DNA of 64,000 nt from the human T2T-CHM13v2.0 reference genome, Homo sapiens, in NCBI RefSeq assembly GCF_009914755.1, contig NC_060940.1, one strand, 5' to 3'. This document shows positions 54,755 to 64,000 of the stretch, piece by piece. How positions within the stretch are numbered: position 1 is the stretch's first letter; each line of letters opens with the position of its first letter. The notes beneath the pieces are model-generated. The model did no database searches. It was given only the letters and a program-made list of their open reading frames with translations, and had not been told where the DNA came from. Both the position numbers and the translations under genes were made by a program.

Positions 54755-54950
54755 AAAGAACTTGGCTGCTCTACATCTTGTTAGCTGTACAACCATGGGC
54801 AAATTAGTTAATCCCTGTAACCCTCTGTCACTTCAGTTGCAAAGTTTGGTTACCCACTTATATAAGATATTTATGAAAAATGAGTAATGCTTATAAACCT
54901 ACTTAATATGGTGTCTGGTACCTAGAATGCTCTGTCACTATTAGCTCTGA
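54755..54950 (+). mobile_element. MIR
   Basis: tagctgtacaaccatgggcaaattagttaatcc...gtgtctggtacctagaatgctc. Confidence 0.6.
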
Positions 54951-55629
54951 TTGTTATCTAAGGAACAGTGAATGGTCTATAACAGGTGTAGTGATAGCAG
55001 GTATGGTAGACTCTGTAAGCTTGAAAAGAAACTCGCAAGAGGCAATAATGCCCAGTTGATCTTCTAGTACTTTCATTTTAACAGACAACAATGACACAGA
55101 TGTGCACATGTAGTTTTCTTTAGATTTTCTCTTATTCTTGTAGCTTCATTTTCTGAAAACTTTACTACATCATATGGAGTTTTTAATCCAAATGCTCCTA
55201 TTAACATTTTATAGTGATAGAAGGAATTCCACTGTATTCTATGAAAAGTAAGAGTTACACCCGAAGAGCTGAAAGCTTTAACTGGCATTGATTCTCAGGT
55301 TGGCTCTGTTCCTATGTTTGGGCAGACATTAATTTAATCAGAGCTAGAATCTGCCTGCAGCAAAGACTCAGCAGCTTGGGAAATTGAGCCTTCTGCTCCC
55401 CTCACTTTTGAATACATCATTTGGAATTGGTGGTATTTACATGAATTTATTGCAGAGACATAGGTTGGATATTGTGTGCAAATTTATGTTTTATAAACAT
55501 TCACACATTTCCATTTGAATGACATTAAGATTATTAAATGAGAGGTTTTTATACTTTATGCATTACGAGAGTATTCTATACTATGTCAGAATATATGAGG
55601 TATGTTTCGATGTGTAAACAGGGTTACTT

Positions 55630-55930
55630 TAAGAAATGCTACTTAACCATCTCTGAGCCTCAATTTCTTTATCTGTAAGATAGAGATAACAATTATAGAA
55701 CTATTGAGCATTAAATTATATTGTTTCCATGTTCCAAGTCCAGAATCTGCCACTATGGTTCTTATTTAATAAATGATTGTTTGCATTACTATGTAGTCGA
55801 ATTCATTGCTTTTTTACCTATGAGGAAACTAAATCTTAGAGGCAGAAAGTAAATTAACTGGGGAATTGGAGTTACCCAGTAGAAGAGCTGGGATTGAAAC
55901 TCTAGTCTCCCAGTGCCCTCATCAATATTC
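55630..55930. mobile_element. Two MIR fragments in opposite orientation
   Basis: acttaaccatctctgagcctcaatttctttatctgtaa (+) and atgaggaaactaa...agagctgggattgaaactctagtct (-). Confidence 0.6.
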
Positions 55931-56312
55931 TTTTTAGTGTGAGAGTAATAATAGCTGAAACTGGAGATAGTGAACTAAGCTTCCGGACAGGAACAAACCA
56001 AGCACTGAAACAGGGAGGCGCCAGAAAGAAAGAATTAAAATATAACTACAAATCTGAGTCCCACAGATAATTACTTAGAAGAGTCTACTCTCTCTGAATC
56101 ACTTTATATCTATTTTATATTGGCTACTTAATATTTCTCATTTTATTCATAGAGTAGTGATGGCATGACATCCTTGTCTCTCTGCTTCTCAGTTGTAACA
56201 TAGCTACTTGCAAATCAAAATTTTAAAGTTCTCAATTGAAAGATAGACTGTCAGGATAATTTATAGTTTATTTTCTTTCTGTCGTTGTAGTTGTTATTTT
56301 GACATAAAAACT

Positions 56313-56560
56313 TGCAGTAGGCAGAATAATAGTCCGCAGGGATAGCCATGCCCTAATCCTCAGAACCTGCAAACATGTTATGTTACATGGCAAAGGGAAA
56401 TAAGGGTGTAGAAGGAATTAATGTTGCTAATCCGCTGACCTTCAAATAAAGAATTAACCTAGATTATCGGGATGGGCCCATTGTAATCATAAATGTCCTT
56501 AAAAATAAAAAGGGAGGCAAAAACTCCATGAAGACAATATTTCTTCCTGCCTTTGAAGAA
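56313..56560 (+). mobile_element. MLT1D-like MaLR LTR, 5' part
   Basis: tgcagtaggcagaataat...ctaatcctcagaacctg...tacatggcaaaggg...gattatcgggatgggccc. Confidence 0.8.
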
Positions 56561-57989
56561 ATGTAACTAATTGAAGAAATCTAACTAATTCGACAGATAT
56601 TTCGAATGGCGAGTGAAGGAAGTAAATCCTTTAAGCCTTAACTGTAAGAAAGAATGAAGTAAGGAGAGGGCAGATATTGCCAATTCTCTGGAAGCTGCTG
56701 CTGGAAGTGGGGATGTACACCTTCATGTATAGAGGTGTTCCCAGGAGAGCAGGAAGACCTTCATGCAGATAGCCCAGACAGGTACTTAAGGAAATTAGGT
56801 TCTAGGCACCAAGCCTCAGCAGATTTCTGTGTTTTAAGTGTGTCTCTCAATCATCTCAGCTTCTGTTTTCAACTCCAGAACAGTGACTAATTTAAGTGGT
56901 GTTTGTGTGGAGGTGAAGCACTTGAGTGTTGCCTTACACTAAGGTATTGAATAAGACTAAGGCGTCTTTGCCTATTTGTTGAGAGGTTATGTGTATATGT
57001 ACGTACGTTTGTATGTGCATATGCACAAAACTCACTGAAATTAAAGTTGCCAGCCTGGAGGGAAGAAACCTTAGAGTTACAGTTCAACCACTTACAATGA
57101 AATTTTTAAAATATGACTTTATTTTTGCTTACTTGACTTTGCATTTACAAATACCCTATATAGTTAAAGAATAGAATAAAATAAGATGAAGAAATGGTGC
57201 TACAGAGCTACATATCTGAGCTCCCAAGATGAATACACTACGTACACACAGTGAATACAGATAGATAAAAATAAAATTTCACCCCTCTTTTGGCAGAGTA
57301 AGTTGGAAAGAATTGAGGCAGACATATATTTCCTTTTATCTCATATCCCACCTAGATTTTTGTGAAAATTATTTCCTTCTCAATTAAGTTATATGTTATC
57401 TTCTTTCCCTCAGTTCCTGAAAACATGTTCCCCTGTGATTCCTAGTACTCAGCCATGCCCTGTTCTACCTCTATTCCGGAAATGACTCTACCCTTTCTTT
57501 TCGAATAAGTTAAAGAGGGGATGTTGGTGACTTGGGATAAGAGATTTTTTTTTAATGTATCCAGAAAGTTTTTAGTTTACAAATAAAGTACTTTTGTAAT
57601 AGGTTGAAATATAATTGAGTATGAATATTAATTTTACCAATTACTGGCTGATTGGTCTTACCTTACTCTTTCAGTATTTATTTTCTCCTTATATAATCTG
57701 AAATACTTTGTTTAATAGCACCATCTGACATGCATTTTTCAAATAATCAACTTATTTACTTCTTTCTTGCCTGTCTCTGCCCACAATAGTGAAAACTATG
57801 GTGGCAGCAATTTTTCTTTTTTGTGTTTATGTATAATACTGCACTCTCCTCCTCCCACCCAGTTTTAGAAGAGTACCTACCAAGAGGAGGTACACAATTA
57901 ATATTCGTTTCTTAAATTAGTAATGTCCCAACTCACACTTATATTATCAGTAAAATGCAGCTACTGAAACGTGTTTCATGAGTTAATTG

Positions 57990-58180
57990 TAAATACAAAA
58001 AAAAAAAAATTAGCCTGGTGTGGTGGTGGGTGCCTGTAATCCCAGCTACTCGGGAGGCTGAGGCAGGGAGAATTGCTTGAACCCAGGAGATGGAGGTTGC
58101 AGTGAGCAGAGATTGCACCACTGCACTCTAGCCCGGGAGACAGAGTAAGACTCCATCTCAAAAAAAAAAAAAAAAAGAAA
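57990..58180 (+). mobile_element. 5'-truncated Alu (linker plus right arm)
   Basis: aaatacaaaa...ttagcc...gactccatctc-poly(A); no left arm. Confidence 0.93.
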
Positions 58181-58477
58181 AGGAGGAAAATTAAAATGTG
58201 TAATGAATATAAAGTAATGAATATAGTGCCTTTTGTGTTCAATATTGATACATAGTAATCATAATATTGATACATAATAGTCTTAATTTTTTTTCAAATA
58301 AAATAGCCAGTGTCAGTGCTCTAATACAGGTACAAAATAGGTTAGAGTAATTTTACAGGGAAAGGGGATGGAGCATAGAGCAGAGGATTTGATTTTGGAG
58401 GAAAGGACGGCATAAGCTTATGTACACAACAGAACTGTTGGGTCTAATAGTCTTTTCTGCGAGGATCCAAATGTTCT

Positions 58478-58640
58478 GTGTGCTGTCCAATATGGTAGCT
58501 GGTACCCACATATGGTGATAAAGCCCTTCAAATAAGAGTAGTGCAACTAAGGAATTACATTTTTATTTTTTTTAGTTAATTAATTAACATTTAAATTTAA
58601 ACAGCCCCATGTGGTTGGTGGCTACACTATGACAGAGCAT
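58478..58640. mobile_element. MER3-like hAT MITE
   Basis: tgctgtccaatatggtagc...ttaaatttaaacagccccatgtgg...gtggctac. Confidence 0.8.
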
Positions 58641-58648
58641 GTCTTGAG

Positions 58649-58835
58649 CAGTGGTTCACAAAATTAAATGGGTTTAAGGAAGACTTACCTGGAAGCACTT
58701 ATTACAATGCAAATTTTCAAGCTTTACCTTGGAAGTTCTTTTGTGTTAGACCTGGAGGTGAAGCCTAGGACTCAGCAGTTTGAGGAATCCATTTTGGGTT
58801 ACTGAAGGAGGAGCTCCACGACCTGCACTTTGGTC
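58649..58835 (+). mobile_element. MER5-like hAT MITE, degenerate
   Basis: cagtggttcacaaa...acctggaagcacttattacaatgcaaatt...cactttg. Confidence 0.5.
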
Positions 58836-59497
58836 CTGTCTTTGCGCCAATTCCTGGAGGTCTCTTTCTGTCATTCTGTCTTTGCTTGTGAAGTGTCTCC
58901 CTATCTTTAAATTCCATTCACTTTCAGTCTTATCTGTGGCTTTTCCCAATAGTCCAGAAATAAAATCTTATTTAGGAAGTAGAGCTGCTGCTTTTATTCC
59001 ATTTGATGTTATTTTTTCAAGTGTGCTGATTTATAATTCCATTATCGTTATCATCTCTAAATTTAATCCTTCTTATACTTTCAGAAAGTCAAAACCTTAT
59101 TGTAAGTAGGATGGGAAATTCTGGTGGTTGCACAATTATATCTAGGATAAATTTAGTAATGCCCATTTTGCAAATTTTTAAATATGTCCAAAGACTCTTC
59201 TGAAGAAGATTGAATTTTGGAAACCAAGGGGAAAACCAAGGGGAACTTTGCAATTCTTATGATAAAACTGATAAACAAAAAACTCAGGACCAAGAGCTTA
59301 TCACTATTGTTCCCTTTCCTCCATGTGCTGAGTTTTTGGAGGTCAAAGCCAAGATGGTCATGTTCAAAAGCTGGTGATGATTAAGATTTATTGACAACCC
59401 CATATTCTGAGAAGGATTATATTTCTGAAACTTCATGGGTATAAAAGCTGTTTCTGTCCTTTCCCTGCTATAGTTGCAACAGTTGGGATACATAGGT

Positions 59498-59960
59498 ACA
59501 TCAGTTACTATGCTTTTGGCTGGAAGAAAAAAAATACCTGAAAAAGCATGAACATGGCTTAGATAATAAAGTAGCAAAGATGGTTATTCACAAATTAAGA
59601 AATCTGGAGAGAGGCTATTGCGGCATTGGTTCAATGGCTCAATAATGCCATCACTGTTCCAACTTTTTCTGCTTTTGGTTCTGTTATAGCTTGCATATTT
59701 GTTTTCCATTTTCAATCTTGTAAACTTGTGACAAGATGGTTGTCACAGATTTATACCCATCATTCCCAAAGACACAAAGGAAGAAGGTGGGATACTTCTT
59801 GGAGCTATCTCTTTATCAGGGAGGGAAATTTTTTCATATGTGAAAAAAAAGACATTTTTGCATATCTTATTGCCCAGAATTTTGATCCCTCATGGCTCTT
59901 AGCAGCAAAAAAGGCTTGGAAAGCAAGGATCCAACATTTTCAGTCTCTATGGTAGGGATT
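59498..59960. mobile_element. Old MaLR/ERVL LTR (MLT1/LTR33-like)
   Basis: tcagttactatgcttttggctggaag...tggctta...aagaaatctggag...ttattgcccagaat...aaggcttggaaag. Confidence 0.5.
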
Positions 59961-61019
59961 GGTCTCTGCCAGAAAGGAAGAAAGATAAAGAAAAATGTGT
60001 GTTGTTAGGCAAAAAATTTCTGCCAGAAGAGAATATGGACTTGCTATGGGTGGATTAAAATTTTATAGAAATTTAGAGGATGTTTATGAAGACATTTCCA
60101 TCTTGAAATTAGTATAGAAGACTTTCTACCCAGTGGATGTCATCTGGGAAATTCTTCCCTTCCTCAGAGTGTAGAGAAAATGAAACAATCACTAGACAAG
60201 AGGAGTGAGCAATAAGACAGAAAAAGAATCCTGAACTTAAATAAAACAAGGCTCTAACATTTTGACCAGAACAGAATTTGGGGATGGAGTATAGAATAAA
60301 TTCTTTATAGCTCTCAGTCTTATATTGAACTGCCATTGAATAAGATAAACAGTCTACCAGTGCGTGATGCAGAGAAACTCAGCGTTTGAATCAAAGCAGG
60401 CAATGTTATTGCTTTCCAAGGCAGTGGTTTAACTAGACTGAGAGTACTATATCTGGTATTTGTCACTGTTTCTTACATGGGGTATAATTTCTCTTGAAGG
60501 ACTATTGCACTGAGTCACTTAATGATACCAAGCTTCTAAGATTTAAGATGTAAAGGAAGAATGTTAAAAGTTGTGCATTTGTTCACTGGGAGGTAAAAGG
60601 GAGTTTAAATTCTTATTTAGCCTTTGTAATTTCCATCACTGGCAAAGATGATTTCTCTCCCTCATTTTTTCTCTTTATACAGTACCAGTCCATATTCTGC
60701 TGCTACCTCCCTCGTTGACCACTTTGACTTCAGCACTTTATGCGAGAGGCACAAGGAAAACAAGGAATCAGTGCTGCTCTGTGAATCATTTGTCAAAGGG
60801 AGATTTAAATGCATGTTCCTTACCTGCCTAGAGGAAAATACAGTAAATGCATTTTGAGGTAGAGAGAGAAAGTTATGTGTTCTTAATAACCAGCATATTT
60901 ATTATGCCCTAAATAGGAAATTGTGTATTTGCAGGTTGACAACTACAGCTGAATAGAATGATCAGCTTTGTCCACAGGCAAAATTACGAGGTGTGTAAGT
61001 GTGTGGTTCATCAATAGAA

Positions 61020-61260
61020 TTAGTATAACAAGGCAGACCTAGATTAATTTCCTGGCTCTGCTACTTGCTAACTGTGACAACTTAAGAAAGGTACATAACC
61101 ACTCTGAGCTTCAGTTTCCTCATTTGTAAACTGGGGATAATAATAGTGCCCATTAATTTATGCTACAACAATATTAAATGAGATAATGTTTCTAAATTGT
61201 TGATTTAGGACCTGATATAGAGAAAGTATTTAATACGTATTAGCTACAATCATGACGGTG
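61020..61260 (+). mobile_element. MIR
   Basis: cctggctctgctactt...aaccactctgagcttcagtttcctcatttgtaaactggggataataatagt. Confidence 0.8.
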
Positions 61261-61371
61261 ATAATGCCAACAAAATCCAGGTAGGTAGGTAGTAGATATC
61301 TAAGCAGCACTTTTCAGATAAGAGGACTGAAATGTTCATGAGTGTACAAATATAATAAATAAAAGAGTAAA

Positions 61372-61671
<300 letters not shown>

Positions 61672-61859
61672 AAATAAAAGGGTAAATACATTAAAAATGA
61701 ATTGTTAGATGTATAATTATTGAAAACTTGGTTTGAAAGGACAAAAAGCCTACAAGATCAGTCTTTACACAGCAGGGCTAAATTCTTCCCTGCGTTTTGG
61801 CAGAATTCATTGTCCCCCCATAAGTAATGCTATACTAGTCATATATTAATCATTTAGCA

Positions 61860-62105
61860 TTAGCGGTTAAGAGAATACACTATTGCCTCACGAATCCAGG
61901 TGGTCCGTACCAATCTCAACATTAAGTAGGTTTTTGACCTTGGCTGTTTAAATTCTGTGAGTAAGATTTTCTTTTGTAAACCAGGAACAGTTACAATAGC
62001 TATTCCATAGCATTGCTTTTGAGGATTACATAAACATTTTGTGAAAAGCACCTTAGAACAGTGCATCACATACAGTAAATATTCAATGAAATTTATGTAT
62101 TATTA
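61860..62105 (+). mobile_element. MIR
   Basis: agcggttaagag...tgaccttgg...tgaggatta...aaagcaccttagaacagtgc...acatacagtaaatattcaat. Confidence 0.7.
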
Positions 62106-62642
62106 CAGGAGGAAAGAAAGAAAATTCTATCAATTATAGGAGGAGAGGCAGACTGGACCCCAACATATTGTAGCTTGGAATGGACCTTCAACTCAAATCA
62201 GCTGGGAATAAAACATAATATTATTCTGCATATATTAGCATTTGGTGCCAAGAATAATAGTGACTTAAATAAAATGGAGACTTTTTTTTTTTTCTCTGAA
62301 GATGTCTAGAGCAGAACGTTTCAGGAAGAAAGAAGCTTAAAGGGAATTTCCTCTCAAGCTTAGAGGACAGAACTGATTCTTACATAACACAATTATTGAG
62401 ACTTGACACTTTTTAAGCACAGAAATTGCTTGGTAAAGCTTTATTATCTCATTTTTCAAGTGACATTTTGAATGTTCAATAGTCACATGAGACTAATAAC
62501 TACCTTAATGGAGAGTATAGGTGTATAAAACGTATATAACCGCAGAAAGTCTATAGTGCTGCTATAGACTTCCTTAGGACTATCCTCCTCCCACCTTCGG
62601 AGGCACACAGTCCTTCCATCCGTATTTACTGTATTCTTGTTA

Positions 62643-64000
62643 CTTTTTATTTCTGTGGGTACATAGTAGGTGTATATATTTATGGGGTTAATGAGATATT
62701 TTCATACAGGCATGCAATGTGTAACAATCATATCTTGTAAAATGGGATATCCATACCCTCAAGCATTTATCTTTTGTGTTACAAACCATCCAATTATACT
62801 TTTTTAGCTATTTTAAAATGTACAATTAAATTTTTATCGACTATAGTCCCCCTGTTGTGCTGTAAAATACTAGATCTTTTTCATTGATTCAAATTATTTT
62901 TTTTGTACCCATTGACCATCATCACCTCTCCTCCAACCCCTACTTCCACCCCTTAATACCATTCCTAGCCTCTGGTAACCATCCTTCTAATCTCTATCTC
63001 CATGTGTTCAATTGTTTTGATTTTTACATCCCCAAAATAAGTGAGAACATGTAATGTTTGAATTTCTGTGCCTGGCTTATTTGACTTAACATAATGACTT
63101 CCAGTTCCATCCATGTTGTTGCAAATGACAGAATCTCATTCTTTTTTTAATGGCTGAATAGTACTTCATTGTGTATAAGTACCACATTTTCTTTATCCAT
63201 TCATCTGTTAATGAACACCTAGGTTGCTTCCAAATCTTGGCTATTGTGAGCAGTGCTGCAACAAACATGTAAGTGCAAATATCTCTTAGATACCTGATTT
63301 CTCTAATTTTGAAGATACACCCAACACTGAGATTGCTGGATCATATAGGAGCTCTATTTTAAGTTTTTTTTAGGAACCTCCAAACTGTTCTCCATAGAGG
63401 TTGTACTAATTTACATTCCCACAAACAGTGTAAGAGAGTTCCCTTTTCTCCACATCCTCACCAGCATTTGTTATTGCCTCTCTTTTGGATATAAGCCATT
63501 TTAACTAGGGTGAGATGATGTCTTATGGTAGTTTTGATTTGCATTTCTTTGATGATCAGCAATGTTGGGTACCTTTTAATTTACCTCTTTGCTATTTGCA
63601 TGTCTTTGAGAAATGCCTATCCAAATCTTTTGCCTATTTGTTGATCATATTATTAGATTTTTTTTCCTATGGAGTTGTTTGAGCTTCTTATATATTCTGG
63701 TTATTAATATCTTGCCCATGGATAGTTTGCAAATACTTTCTCCCACTCTGTGGGTTGTCTCTTCACTTTGTTGATTGTATTCTTTGCTGTGCAGAAGATT
63801 TTTAACTTGATATGATCCCATTTGTCTATCTTTGCTTGGGTTGCCTGTGTTTGTGGGGTATTACTCAAGAAATTTTTGCCCAGAACAATGTCCTGGAGAC
63901 TTTCCCCAATTTTTTCTTGTAGTAGTTTCAGAGTTTGAGGTCTTAGATTTAATTCTTTAATCCATTTTTATTTGATTTTTGTATATGGTGAAAGATAGGG
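62643..64000 (-). mobile_element. L1MA (MA1-3-like) 3' part, runs off the window edge
   Basis: gggtacatagtaggtgtatatatttatgggg...caagcatttatc; ORF2 C-terminal peptide at 63086-63268 (WIKKMWYLYTMKYYSAIKK). Confidence 0.9.

Noticed and set aside
58683-58692. Perfect minus-strand donor CAG|GTAAGT
   Set aside because: Inside a degenerate MER5-like element, and I found no convincing paired acceptor

Overview
AT-rich, repeat-dense primate genomic DNA, most likely human or another great ape, since it carries an L1PA2-like LINE-1 and AluJ/S elements. I see no supportable cellular protein-coding gene, RNA gene or CRISPR array. The main features are a full-length L1PA2-like element (+, 36343-42382; ORF1 intact, ORF2 dead, antisense ORF0 variant) and a full-length degenerate L1PA7-like element (-, ~46890-53325). 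A nested stack at ~28.5-43.5 kb consists of an ancient L1M host interrupted by an L1MA (which carries three Alus), the L1PA2 and an MSTA LTR. Older L1MC/ME/MA, L2, MIR, MaLR/ERVL LTR and hAT/mariner MITE fragments are scattered throughout. The best lead is a single substitution in the L1PA2 5'UTR that both truncates ORF0 and turns its second splice donor into a consensus CAG|GTGAGT. That donor points toward several minus-strand exon-like cassettes and an AATAAA 18-29 kb away, which suggests a possible L1-antisense-promoter chimeric transcript (unproven). The window also shows several small templated-insertion/inversion scars, a solitary poly(A) insertion with a target-site duplication (TSD), and a pre-miRNA-sized hairpin in apparently unique DNA. 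Repeat subfamily names come from recalled consensus sequences, not a search, and boundaries of old elements are approximate.
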